From NCBI RefSeq assembly GCF_041956535.1, contig NW_027192199.1:62001-126000 (forward strand): a DNA stretch of 64,000 nucleotides, written 5' to 3'. The notes under the pieces are model-generated. The model was not told where the DNA came from, did no database searches, and worked only from the letters and a program-made list of their open reading frames with translations. This document shows, piece by piece, positions 14,328-27,176 of the stretch. Both the position numbers and the translations under genes were made by a program. Position 1 is the first letter of the stretch, and each line of letters begins with the position of its first letter. The DNA is from Calcarisporiella thermophila CBS 279.70. Taxonomy: Eukaryota > Fungi > Calcarisporiellomycota.

Positions 14328-15123
14328 AGGCAATTTATCCCCCATTACTCCATAATATCTTATGTGAATGCAAAAGCCCCCCGCTTTAATACCTGGATTT
14401 TCATGTAGTTTTTGTTCGCTTAGTCTATTTATAATTTTTAATCTATCTATATATATATATTTTTCGCTTAGATATTTAAGAATATTTATTAAAATCACCT
14501 TGACGAAATTTTCCTCCTGACTATTTTATGAATTTGGGACGAACTGTATAATATTGAATATTCCCATAGAGTGATGAACGGGCTATGTATCATGTCAAGT
14601 GCAAAACTATAATCTCGGTAATCTTGCCGAGAGAATGATTGTTACATAACTCAAAAGCCTAGCCCCGGAAGCCTCGCCGTAAGGCTAGTTAATATTTGGC
14701 TCAAAATACTCACGCGACTTGGTGTTCACAACAAAAATCATATATACATATTAGATTCTATTAAATAAATAAATTAGTATCTTTACATATATCATTCACT
14801 GCTTCATTTTGAAGGTATCGGCTAACATACTGTATAGAATATTTAGAAAGATCGAAATGGGATCGTCCTTATCCCTCTGCAAAGAATGCCTGTAATCTTT
14901 AAATATTGATATAATAATAAGTTTTTATGCCTTTTAGATTAGAGTGAAATTTTTTTTTTTTTTTCAATATGAACTAAACATTAATACACAAACTTTGTCT
15001 GCGACCAAAAATCTTTAGATATAAATGGTGAGAAGAGTAGTCTCGAAACTACTCGAGCCTACTCTTTCCTTCTATCTCTATTCTTGACCCATTTTACCCA
15101 TCGCCTACCCCTTTCTCTCGACA

Positions 15124-17060
15124 ATGACTTCCGACGAGAAATTTAACCAAAGGGTATACGATCTCTTGCTCGAGGTATGTGCCCATAGTGCCAGTAGTTT
15201 TTTCATTCAGCTCTGAACTCGAGTTTTAATAATTTACTTAATTTACATTAAATAGGACCGTTATCAAGGACAACAGTTAACCCAGCGCGATAAAGAATTG
15301 CTTGAACTCGAGGTGCGCTTAAACGAGCGTATCGATCGCGGATTACTTGACAATCCCAAAAGAATTCCCAAAGCCGTTTATTTTATTCTGCCTAACGAGT
15401 TCGGCGAACGATTCACTTACTATGGAATTAAACCACTGCTTATGTACTTTTTCCAGGCTTTTTGTGGCAGAGATGGGATAGATGCAAAAGTCAATGTCCA
15501 TCTATTCGTGACTTTATCTTACTTTAGCCCTCTCATCGGTGCCGCGATTTCTGACTCGTTTCTTGGTAAATACCGCACCATCGTCTCTCTTTCTGTTGTA
15601 TATTTCATTGGTACTCTCCTCTTTGCGATATTCTCCATCCCTGGTATTCTTGGACTTCCTCCGAATATCCCTGTTGCTGGCCCGCTCGGTGCCCTCATAC
15701 TGATTGCGTTTGGTACTGGCGGTATTAAACCCTGTGTCTCAACTCACGGTGGCGATCAGTACCTTCCCCACCAGAAGGATGGAATTGATTGGTTCTTCAC
15801 TATCTTTTATACTTCAATTAATACCGGCGCTGTCCTCTCTGGAAATATAACACCGGCAATTAGGCTAAATGTAAAATGCTTTGGCTACGAGTGCTATTTC
15901 TATGGAGCCATTATGTGCAGTGTTATGTTTGCTTGCGCCGCTATCATATTCGCAGTGGGTGTGCGCTATTATCGTATTGTGCCTCCGGTTGGCGAGTTTT
16001 TGCCCTGGAAATGCCTCAAGGTTGCCACCCTTGCCGGATCCCGCTACCTTACAGCGTCCCCTGAAGAGCGACAGCGCAGAAGGAGCTGGCTCGACTTTGC
16101 TGAAGAGGACTATGGTGCACCATTCGTGGAGGAGACCCGCCTATTTGGTCGTGTCGTCTACATGATCCTTCCGATGATGTTCTTCTGGATGATCTATGAC
16201 CAAACCAGCACCGAGTGGATACGTAAGCATTATTTGTTAGTACCTTTGAACGCATATCTTTACTGAAACCATTCTTCTAGTTCAATATGTGTTGATGGAT
16301 AATCGCATTGGTAGCATTCGACTTTCTGGTGACCAGTTCGCACAAATCAATGCATTCCTTATTATCATCATTGTGCCCAGTCTTGGGCTTCTCTACCCAG
16401 TTATCGAGCGCCGTTTCAAGATTCGTTGCACCCCCCTACGCCGCATGGGACTTGGGTTTTTCTTAGTTATACTTTCTTTCGTCATCTCAGGATTGCTGCA
16501 TATATCTGTGGAGAAGAATGCATCTCCTACAGCGAGAGATCATGCTGGCAATCCTATAGAATGTGATGGTTGTCTCCATACATGGTGGACTATTCCGCAA
16601 TGGTATGATGGGTTAAGGACCTTCAGACTATTTGCCTCTATTGATCCGGCTATCATTATAGGTTCGTTGCAACACTGGGTGAGGCTCTTGCCTCCCCTAC
16701 TGGCCTTCTTTTTTGCTATGAGGAATCTGGGAAAGCACTTAAAGCCCAGAGTTCATCGGTATGGCTGCTTATGAGTTCCTTTGGAAGTATGATTATTGCA
16801 GCTGTGGAACATCGCCTGGCCACAAGCGTCAGTGGTAAGCATAGAAAGACACTGAGGCTATATTAGCCTGATATTAGCATTGCATTGAATGAAATTTTAT
16901 GCTTATTTCGCCAGGTCCTGCCAAGTACTTTGTCTACGCAGGTATTGGTCTAGCTGCGAATATTTGGTTTATTGTTCAAGCCTACTACTATAAGAGCAGA
17001 GCCCAAATAGAGCATGAAAGAGCTCTTGAAGAAGAGAGCGGAGGCAAATTGGAGGAATAA
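15124..17060 (+). CDS. POT/PTR oligopeptide transporter, copy 4, 5 exons
   Basis: NEFGERFTYYG. ORFs 15298-16266 and 16289-16774 joined by GT-AG introns; TAA 17058-17060; TATAAAT at 15020. Confidence 0.92.
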
Positions 17061-18121
17061 TATGGCTAGTCTGCATGACCTCTACCCATTCAAAGAGAGG
17101 GGGTGTTTCAATCGCAATCTGCTCACACTATCGAGGAAGGTGTGATGATCTATATTCTCGTATCTTTGTTCTCTTATTCCTATTTATTTCACTCTTTCCT
17201 TATCGTTATTTTTTAAATTCTCCCTGAGACTAATTCAAGGTTTATTTTGACGTGATAAGAATTATTAACGCCTGGTATTTAATTAAATATTCGAGTTTTG
17301 GAAGAATATTAATTCCGCTCATGTAACGTTACGCAAACTAGGCCTTGTGGGAAATGTGCACAAAGTCAAAATTTTGACTTACAATCCACGAGACCTAGCG
17401 TTCCACGAAATACGCAATATTCGTTATCATCCACGTGTGTCTTTTCGCCAGAGGACATGGCGTATAAGTTCATAGGCACGCGCTCAGCCACCTGCTTGCA
17501 GGCTAGCGGCATAGTCCCGACAGTAATCTCGCGGTAAACAAGGGTTTTTATCCGAGGCTTGGGCCCTAGACGATCGCGCCTGCACATGGCCCTGCGCGGT
17601 GGACGTCTCTGTCTGTTTTTGTTCCAGTCGTGTGGCCGAGACACCGCGGGAAAATTCGGTGTTCCTCGCTACCCAGTATTGGTCGTCGATATTGGAAACC
17701 TGGAATGTCCATTTCGATCTCAAGTGATATACAACCATGCCCATATCGATTAGTGGAAACCTTATTTCAATCGCAGCTGAAGTCTCCGTTAACTGTAAAC
17801 AATCGCGCTCGGCCTCTTATGGGGGGGGGGCTTTTGGCGAAGCTTTTAATGACCCGACGGTCAGAAATATGCTTGATTGGGTTTCATCTGGAACCGGACC
17901 TCCAAATGTTCCAAACTCCCCTTGAATCGATGATTTGAGAGACATGGGGCTAAAAAATAAACCACTCTGGTCATGAGCCTTAATATGCTATAAAAAGTCG
18001 CGGGTTTCTCCCCAAAACGTTTCCCTAACGCTTATCGCCCACCCTCTTCGACCTCTCTCGCTCCTCTTTCTCTCTCTCTCTCTTCTCCTACAGCCTCTAC
18101 CAAGCACGCACTATCCCCCGG

Positions 18122-19874
18122 ATGGACGAAGACAAGTCTAGACAAGCCGTCTATGATCTCTTGGCCCAGGTAAATAGACACACTCGTGCCCTCCGAGAGC
18201 GCACCTTGCTAACCTCTCGCCCGCTTGCTCTAGGATCGCTTCATGGGCCAGGATATGACCGATCGCGATCGAGAATTGCTTGAGCTCGAAGTTCGCCTGA
18301 ACCATCGCATCGACAAACAGCTCTTGGAAAATCCCGACAAGATTCCAAAGGCCGTCTACTTCATCATCCCCAACGAATTTGGAGAGCGCTTCTGCTTCTA
18401 TGGCGTCAAGCCCCTGCTCCAAAACTACTTCACATATTGGTGCGGCTCTACTCCAGAGCACTCCAAGGTGCTTGTGCACGCCTTCGTGATGGTCACCTAT
18501 TTCTGCCCTGTTCTCGGCGCCGCTGTCTCCGACTCTTTCCTCGGCAAATATCGCACGATCGTCTCCCTCTCCATCCTCTACTTCATCGGTGTGCTCCTCC
18601 TCTCCATCTTCTCCATTAACGGGGTTATCGGCAGTGCCGGAAGCGTTCCCCTTGCCGGCCCACTGGCTGCACTCATGCTCATTGCCCTCGGCACCGGTGG
18701 AATCAAGCCTTGTGTCTCCACACACGGTGGAGATCAGTACCTCCCGCATCAAAAGAAAGGCATCGACTGGTTCTTCTCCATCTTCTACACCTCGATCAAT
18801 GTCGGCTCCCTCATCTCTCAGAACGTCACGCCACAGCTGAAGGACCACGTGGAATGCTTCGGGGCTAAATGCTATTTCGCGTCATACCTTCTGCCCGCCG
18901 TCATGTTCGGCCTGGCCACGGCAGCCTTCATCTTCGGCGAGCGGTACTATCGTATTGTTCCCCCCACCGGCGAGTTCCTGCCGTTCAAGTGTGCAAAGAC
19001 CGCCTTCATAGCAGCGCGTAGATACCTCGGCGCCTCCTCTGAGGACCGCAAACGCAAGGGCAGTTGGCTCAACTTTGCCGAGGATGTCGTGGGTGCTCCA
19101 TTTGTCGAGGAAACCCGCAACTTCGGCCGCGTCATCTATATGATTATCCCTACCATGTTCTTCTGGATGATTTACGACCAAACCAGCACCGAATGGCAAA
19201 TCCAGTATAGTCATATGGACGATCGGATTGGCAGCGTCCGTATCCAGCCGGAGGTATTCCAGGTTATCAATCCGGTCCTCATCATCATGTTCGTTCCCGG
19301 GCTTGGTCTCCTCTATCCTCGTCTCGAGAAATGGTTCAACTTCCGCTTCACTACTCTTCGCCGTATGGGAACTGGTTTCTTCTTGGTGGTTGTATCCTTC
19401 GTTATCTCCGGCATCCTTAACATCGCCGTGGAAAAACAATTCAATCCCACCGAGGTCGACAGTAAGGGCAATCCAGTATCATGCTTCGGATGCTTGCACG
19501 CTTGGTGGCAAATTCCCCAGTGGATTGTGGTCTCTCTGGCTGAGGCGCTGACTTCTCCCACTGGTTTGTACTTCTGTTACGAAGAATCCGGCAAGGCACT
19601 CAAGGCTCAAAGCTCATCGATGTGGTTGCTCATGGTCTCGTTCGGAAATCTTATTGTGACCGCTGTCGAGAGCTCGCTCGAAGAGAGCAAGGCGGTTACT
19701 GGCTCCGCTAAGTATTTCATGTATGCCGGTATTGGCCTGGTGACCTGCATCTGGTTTGTTATCCAGGCCTACTTCTACAAGTATCGGGCCGATGTCGAGG
19801 CCGAGAGAGAGCTTGCGAACCGTGAAGTGTACATTGACGATTCCAAGAAGGTGGAGGAAGGATCGCCTATCTAA
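18122..19874 (+). CDS. POT/PTR oligopeptide transporter, copy 5, 2 exons, GC-rich with C-ending codons
   Basis: NEFGERFCFYG. ORF 18243-19874 plus a short first exon (MDEDKSRQAVYDLLAQ); TATAAAAA at 17989 followed by a CT-rich tract. Confidence 0.94.
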
Positions 19875-20505
19875 GCCCTTGCCCTTAAGCGCCCTTGCTT
19901 TACAACACCCCTTTTGTATTTTTAATTCATCGCTGGGCTGCAAAGTCATTCGGTGAACCGCCTATACCAAACTTTTCTTTCTACCCCGTTACCTCTTTGT
20001 AACAAACAAAAAATTCAGATATTTAAAGTTCTTGTTTTCTATTTAATGGTTGTACTTTTAGCTTAATAAAGAAGGATTTAACTATAGGCCTGTTGACTAA
20101 ATTTTTGAGAAGCTCTATGGAGAGCAAAAGTTTTTAGCTTGAAACCTTTTTTTTGCAATCTCTATCGAAATTTAAGCCCTTAATCTGCCTCTATGGCTAC
20201 TGTTGGCAAAAATAATGGTTTCTTATTGATTTTCGGCATTCTTTGAAAGATACTTATGTCGGAAGGTCGATTAGGAACAATTCTAGCTCTAGGAATTAAG
20301 TTTCTGCTTTGAACCTCTCATTGCATCGCACAAAGTACGAAATCTGTCGAATAAACTAAGCTTACCCAAAGGGTGGCTTAGAATGGCGATTTTAGAACAC
20401 AGTTCTTCACAATCATAACGCTCCCTGTTTTCTTCCCCTGATTGTATACATTTACTTTCTCTCTCTCTTTCTCTCAAATCATTCGATCCTCTCATAGTAT
20501 TCAAG

Positions 20506-21500
20506 ATGGCCGACGTAGATTGTATGTTCTTCAACAATGCTTCACCCTTTCATCCAAGATGTATACTTAATCTTCCAACTAGATGATCGCCGCTCCAGTC
20601 CTAATCGCGATCGCGAACGAAGCCGTTCTCCTCGTCGTAGCCGCAGCCGTAGTCGCAGCCGCAGCCGTAGTCGCTCAAGCGAAAGGTCCATCGCACTCTG
20701 CTTTTAACTAATCGATTGAAAAATTATCGTCATTCAACCTCTTAACCTCCCTCTCCTGCGTTCTCTCTCATTCGATCTTCAACAAACAGGCACTCCATCA
20801 ATCCAGGTAACAACCTCTACGTGTCCAATATCTCGTACAAAACCGAAGGCAGAGATCTGGAGGAGCTTTTTGAAAAATATGGAAAAGTAAGATGGCCAAG
20901 ATTCTATTTTTTTTCACTTCCTCATCTTCCCTCTTATTCTTACCAATGATTCAATGATTTATCAATTTTAAGGTCGAGAGGGTCGAAATTGTTTACGATC
21001 CTCACACAAAGGAAAACCGTGGTTTTGCCTTTGTAACTATGAGCAACCAAGATGAGGCAGATGAGGCTCTGATGAAACTGACTGGAGTCGAAGTGTTGGG
21101 CCGATCCATTCGCATTGAAAAAGCAAGGCGCGCGCGTGCACGCACCCCAACACCCGGTCGTTACTGTGGTCCCGAGAGACGTGGTATGACTTCATCAACA
21201 TGCATTGCTGGATCTACTTGGTTTACAAACATGATTTGAAATTTAGAATCCCGTCGGCGGGATCGCTATGATTCTCGGTACGGTTCCCGAAGCAGGTACC
21301 ATGACCGGTACGATGGTCGAGACTATGGCCGTGACTCTTACCGCGATCGGGACTCTTACCGTGATCGGGACCGCGGACGCGAGTCGCGGTACTCTGGGCG
21401 CGATTCGAGGGACTACGATCGTGAGCGTTCTTCAAGGGATTACCCCCGGGAGAACGGTCGTGACTACGATAGCTATACCCGCGACAAAAGAGATTATTGA
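20506..21500 (+). CDS. Tra2/SR45a-like splicing regulator (RS domain - RRM - RD/RS-rich tail), 5 exons
   Basis: N-terminal RS repeats, NPGNNLYVSNI (RNP2), ENRGFAFVTM (RNP1), the Tra2-type linker RARTPTPGRY, and an R/D/Y/S-rich tail ending at TGA 21498-21500. Confidence 0.85.
20636..20673 (+). repeat. Coding hexamer repeat (CGYAGY)n encoding RSRSRS
   Basis: cgtagccgcagccgtagtcgcagccgcagccgtagtcgc read directly. Confidence 0.8.
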
Positions 21501-21825
21501 TAGTCAAGCTACATACTTTAGTTCTTTATATTCAAAACAGGTTTAGAAAGTAGCTTGTGCGGAAGCAAACGCCCCTTTTGTGATTATAATTTTATGTTTC
21601 TGTTGGTTTAGGAATATCAAATGATTACTTTATATTTGCTTCAACTTAGCAACCATGAAATAAAACTAGGTAGCATCAGATGAAGCACCATGTAGTGTTA
21701 AAACAATGAACAGGGTAATAGGCAGCAGAACTCAGCTAGCGCGGGGGAGGGGAGGGGGGGGTGAAGCCTGAGAAAACAGAGAAAGCATGGTTACATACAA
21801 AATTACAATCCCCTTCCACTCCACC

Positions 21826-23502
21826 TCAAAAGTCATCCCTCTCCCGCCCCTGCGGCTTCACCACCAAGTCTGCCTTGATCAGGTTGATGCGCAGAAGCAT
21901 TGCACGCGCGGCACGTTCATATTCATTCGCCATGGCGAAGCACTGGCGGAAGACATCCCCGCGCAAGTCCTGTTTACGCGCATGCAACACCTTATTGTGG
22001 CTATCAATGCGGCCCTGGATTTGGTTATCCATAATCAGGGCAGCAAGCTCGCGCTCAAGTAACGACACAGTGGTGTTGAACGCAGTCGCCATCTTTCTGA
22101 GGTCCACGCTTGTGAATGGCGTGAAGTATTGGATAAGGGCCTTCTTCCGGATGAGGGTGTAAAGTTTGTCTACATGGCTGGAGAGATGGAGATCTAGCAA
22201 GAGATCGTTCTAGAACAGAAGCGTGAGACATTATACTAGGCCAATCCAAACATGCATGGCTTCCATCCCCATACCTTCCAGTTTTCCAAAATCTCCAGGC
22301 ATGCAGTGTACTTCGAATTGTAAAAGCCGAGGATTAGCTCGCGGATTTGTGGCTCGAGCTCGAGGTATTGCTTAAACTCGGTAGAGTCGATTACTTTCGT
22401 CTTCAACTCGGCGCGGTCAAACGTCGCGAGTGCACAGAGTCCGCCATAGATAGCTATGTCATTCGGCGCAATGACCTAGATTAAGAACAAACGCAATTTC
22501 AATGTTTTCCGGTTCCCAAGAGGTTGCATCCACAAATGAATCTACCTCGTTGTATTGAAATCCTAGCGAAAATGGTATCTCTAACAGTGCTCTAGCAGCC
22601 TGTTTGTAGTTGGAGTTATCAAGAAACGCAAGCGCACTGCTTGCACGGAGTTTTGCTTGGATAAGGGCTTTTTCTTGCACGTCTGGGGTACTTTCAGCCT
22701 TGACCCCATAGTTATTAATGTGAGAAAAGTTGCCTAACTCGATGCTGACCTAAAATAAAATATAGAAAGTAGAATAGGCAGGCTTTAGAGCCAAGAGCCA
22801 GAAGAGTATGGAAGTGGCTAACTTGACACCTTTATAACGTTGAGACACATCTCTATGACATGCTTTGGCGTGGTGCAATAGTCACGCGTTCGCATGTAGC
22901 ACTTTAGTGCGTTCGTCAAATCCCCACACTTGTAAAAATGATCGCCCAAGTCATTGTGACCCATCTATCATCATTTTAATAGTTCATTCGCACGTAGAAA
23001 CAGCCAATAATGCAATACTAAATAATCACCCGAATACTCTCGCGAATGGAGTTGTTTTTATAGGTTCTAAGCTCTTGCTCTAATTTTTCTGTTAGCTGAT
23101 TTGCGCGACGTTGTGTTGTTTCTGCCCAGGATTTAATTTCGGCGGATTCAGTCTCTACCCCACGTGCTTCATTTAACCTCTGTAGAGTCTGAGTGTACTT
23201 CTGCACATCATAGGTGGTCTCTTTTATCTCCTTGAGCGCCAAAGAGTAAGCATCGATACGAAGGGGCGGACAACGTTCAGCGATGAAAATAAGACGATCT
23301 ATTTTTGTGTGGCCTATGCAAAGGATTTTAGGATCTGGGCTTTAGTTCAAGGGTAGAGCTGGAAAAAATCTTGGGGATCCAAACCCTTATAATTAGCAAT
23401 GTACGTGTCAAGATCAAGATTATTTGGATATTCGACGATTATCTTATCGATCCGCTTGCGCTTGGACGCGCTGGTTCCAAATTCCTCGCTATCCACATTC
23501 AT
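21826..23502 (-). CDS. CSN1: COP9 signalosome subunit 1 (PCI domain), multi-exon
   Basis: [12 protein letters not shown]...[39 protein letters not shown], and C-terminal [16 protein letters not shown]...[12 protein letters not shown]. Confidence 0.92.
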
Positions 23503-23679
23503 TTTTATAGCAAGAAATGGGAGTGCAAGGACAGTTGTAAAAGTGTCTGACTTTTTTCCTAAGAGAGTGCAATGGCTTTCGTGACTGCGCTCAAAAAAGT
23601 GACGGTCAATAAATCAATAGAGACATATGTGTCCAACTTTTACAGAAGTATCGAGGAAAATTGGATCTGAGACGGAGTT
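23503..23679. promoter_or_regulatory. Compact bidirectional promoter CSN1 / ICE2-like, with Homol-D-like CGTGACTG at 23580-23587
   Basis: Divergent ATGs separated by 177 nt. Confidence 0.55.
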
Positions 23680-26600
23680 ATGGACGATGAAGAAGCTACG
23701 CTGACAGGAATCTCGCACGTAATCGAGAATTCTCCTTCGCAAAAAAAGTATTCACGCACTAATTCTCCAACAAAAATCGATCCCGACACTTCTGATGAAG
23801 AGCCCGTTTCCCCCGCAACTAGAAGGCGTCGGCAACAAAACAAGCGCCGTATTTTGTCTCGCTCTACTACGCCGACATCTACTACTCCTTCTGCCCCAAT
23901 AGCTACTTCTTCCTCCCCGTCATATAGCCCCCAAACATCAGTGAAAATGCTCACTAATCTCCCTTTGCCTGTCTCGCCGACACTTCCGCCTACTATTTCT
24001 CTGGGTCAGGAGGAGGGAATGGAATACAGTGATGTAGAAGAAGAGGAGGTTTCTGGGAGGGTTGACTCTGCCGGGGAAAGCAAAAGTACACACGAATCGG
24101 ATGGCGAACCTTTGGCATTCTTGTAAATATCGATTTATTTTTACATTCCAAACACGCTTGCTCACACTCTTATGCTTCCAATAGGAGGAGAAGAGACGCA
24201 TCGAGACACAATCATTCTTCGTTTTTTACGAGAGATGCTTTTGAAAAATATTCAATATACTCTATTGGCCGGTGTTTTCTACGGGAAAAACAGCAGAGTA
24301 CGCTCAAAGATACCCCCAGCACTACTAAAACTAATACCCTTATCCCGTCCGATGAAAAGAAGGCAATTAAGCCTAGCTCTTTGAAAACAGGTAATAGAAC
24401 ATCACTTGGATACTAGGAGCCCTTACGTACGTGGACTAAATTTTGATGTGCCTATAGGAGATAAGCTCTCTGAACGAGTCGCCTCAAAAACAGTCACTGC
24501 ATCTCGGCAAAAGAGTGTCACCTCTCCGAGCGGCTCTAAACAAGGCACACCCATTATTTCCCATGGTGACTCCCCAAATAAACCTGGTGAAGTAGCTAAT
24601 CCTCGTTTACAACGCCCGAGTTCACGGGATGCAACCGGAGCGTTTCCCCCTAATGAACCCGCTAGAGCTCCTGCAAGCAAAACAGATCTGTTAGGAGACT
24701 TGCTAGGTTCAATGGAGACGGAGAAAAAGGAAGCTGCGCCAAAGGCCAATCCATCAAGCTCTTCGGGAAAAATGAACCAGGGTCAAAAACCACCCATATC
24801 TGACAATATTCCTCAAGTGCCACAGACAGTCCCAACCAACACATCACTGCCCCCAGACCTATTAGTTGCTGCCATGGCAAGCATGGATGGGCCAACAGAT
24901 ATAGCTGATATGGCCCTTACCCCTCCATCAAAATCGCCGCAGCCATCGTTGCTGATGCAGCGGTATTCCAGTATTCCTTTAGAAATGCACGTCAAATTCT
25001 TGCAGTTAGAAATGCTAATGAAAACGAGTGTAATAGCTTATAGCGTTTTGGCTCACTTGAATGGTATACTAATTGAATTTGGATATTCATTTAGCCCTCA
25101 CTTGTACCTGAGCATGATCAGAAATTTTACCTTGAACTCCGTGATCAAATTGCGAGGGAGCAGGAAAGATATCGAGCCTGGGTTCGCCAGACGACTCTTC
25201 CGGCATTAGCGCACCTGGACCCAGAGATAAAAGGCCAGCTCGACACATGGTTTGAACAACGTGGAGAACGGGTACGACTTTATCCGCGGCAATATGAATT
25301 TTTTGACACAGTTAGCGCACGCTCTCCGGTCCCAAAGGGGAGGGATCCGATTTTGAGCGAGAGACGAGTGGTTTATTGTGTGGTAGAGTGTCGATTATGG
25401 GATTTTGCACGGGATTTATCACTAACTTTATGATTTTGTATTGGAAAAAGGGTGCGTGTCCATTATATAAGGCCATTGAATATCCTTCCGTTATCCCAAT
25501 TGATCAAGCCTACTGGTCCGATAAACGTGTTATCTTTTCACGAAAAAGGGCAGTAGCCAAAGAAGGAAGCGATATTAAATCTAGAGAAGCCACTGCTCAA
25601 CCTCTCAGCGGTTCAAAACAAGACGAAGCCAAGGAGCAAAGCGGCTCAAAGCAACACCATAGCAATACACCTGCATCACATTGGCGTAAAAAATATATTT
25701 CGCCCGTCAGCCAGGACCCAATCGCACATCGGTTAGCTAAGGAACATGGATGCCATCTGGTGGTATCGTCGGGCGCACTCACGACGATTGTGCGAACACA
25801 GGCAACCTTGGATTGTGACTGGGAAATTCCGGTGGTAGTAGAGCCCAATCAAGGTACACTATAAAAACTTGCAGAACCTTGTTTATATCTGGGACCATTA
25901 ATAGACTTTTCTCATATAGGAAGCCACAATATAGTTTTTATTGATAAGCCTTTGCCCAAAAAGCGTCTCACGCCACGAGAGTGGAATCAGAAATTTTTCG
26001 ATGTCGCATTCCGAAGTCGTTCACTTGACACTGAGCTGACAATATCTTCCGAAGATTGGGTATTGCCCTCCGCTACTGCTGGCACACAGGCTCCAACTGC
26101 ATCAAAGCCAGAATCGAGGACAATACTATCACCTGTTCTGCTACCGGAGCCGATGGAAGTAGAAACGGGGGATGAAGAGATCGAAGATCTCGTAGAGGGT
26201 TTGGAGGATGAGTTTTTAACTTATGCCACCTGGGTCTTTGGGGAACTCAAACTGCTGGTGCGGTGCAAAATGCATGGATATACTACAGTTGGAACACCCC
26301 CACAGGTAGTTTTCCTCACTACTTGTCACCTTAAGGGTCAGACGGATACTTATATTGATGCTATACTTTGATCATTAGATTCGCCCCTTTGGCTTAAAAG
26401 TCAAATTGGATTACCAGCAACCCCACGGCACCGAAGAAGTGATCGCCAACTGGGAACGTGCTCATTGGTGGATCCACTCATACATCCGCGGTGGATGCGA
26501 GCTCATGATCGGGCATATCGACCCGATTACACATCGACTTCTGCGGGTAGAATGCCGCACACTTGCCGATATAATTCCGGACGGAAACTGGCCACTGCCC

Positions 26601-27176
26601 CATAGCCGTCTTCTACACTACTTATTGCAGCGAATGAGCAGGCTGGAGGTGGGCAATTACATTGTTGCTCACGTGAGTCGCGAGTACAGCTGCACGATAT
26701 ACCAGGCGAGAGCGGGAGGAAGATATGATCTCTGGCAAGGAATGGATGATGATGTAGCTGTGGACACCGAGCGAGTTGGGGAGGGCTATATTCCTGGAGA
26801 ATGGCGTGGACCGCCCAGTCAAATTCGAGACACCTTCCCTCCAATCCCGGAAAAAGGTAGCGGTGGTAGCAGTGGCAGAAACGCCGGAGTGGTGAAGGAT
26901 GGCAAATATTGGAAGCGGAAGCGTGAGGAGCAGCGCCGTAAGAAAAAGCAAAAACAACAGCAGAAGCAGCAGCAAAAGCAATCGCAAGCGGGAGAAGAAA
27001 GCGGGGGTGGGGGGTGGCAGAGCTGGGCTAACTTGGATGATCCCACGGTAGGAGGCTGGGCACAACCGGTCCGAATGGAAGACGCCGACGATCCCTGGCA
27101 AGGGCATGGTGAAATCACGGTGCCTCCTCCTGCCGTATATGACAGAAGCTCAAAAGAAAAAGGAGCTGAGGACTGA
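23680..27176 (+). CDS. ICE2/NARG2-like protein (little elongation complex subunit 2 family, NARG2_C-type domain), multi-exon
   Basis: DWEIPVVV...VFIDKPLP...WNQKFF...TYATWVFGELKLLVRC...KVKLDYQ...E...WW...IGHID follows the NARG2_C motif order as recalled. The N-terminus is low-complexity. Confidence 0.7.

Noticed and set aside
18138-19439. Long antisense ORFs (236 aa, 185 aa) over POT copy 5
   Set aside because: Shadow ORFs from C-ending codon bias on the sense strand; no recognisable protein.
5573-19874. Periodic similarity suggesting a mobile element, CRISPR-like array or assembly duplication
   Set aside because: The repeats are paralogous genes with different introns and unrelated spacers.
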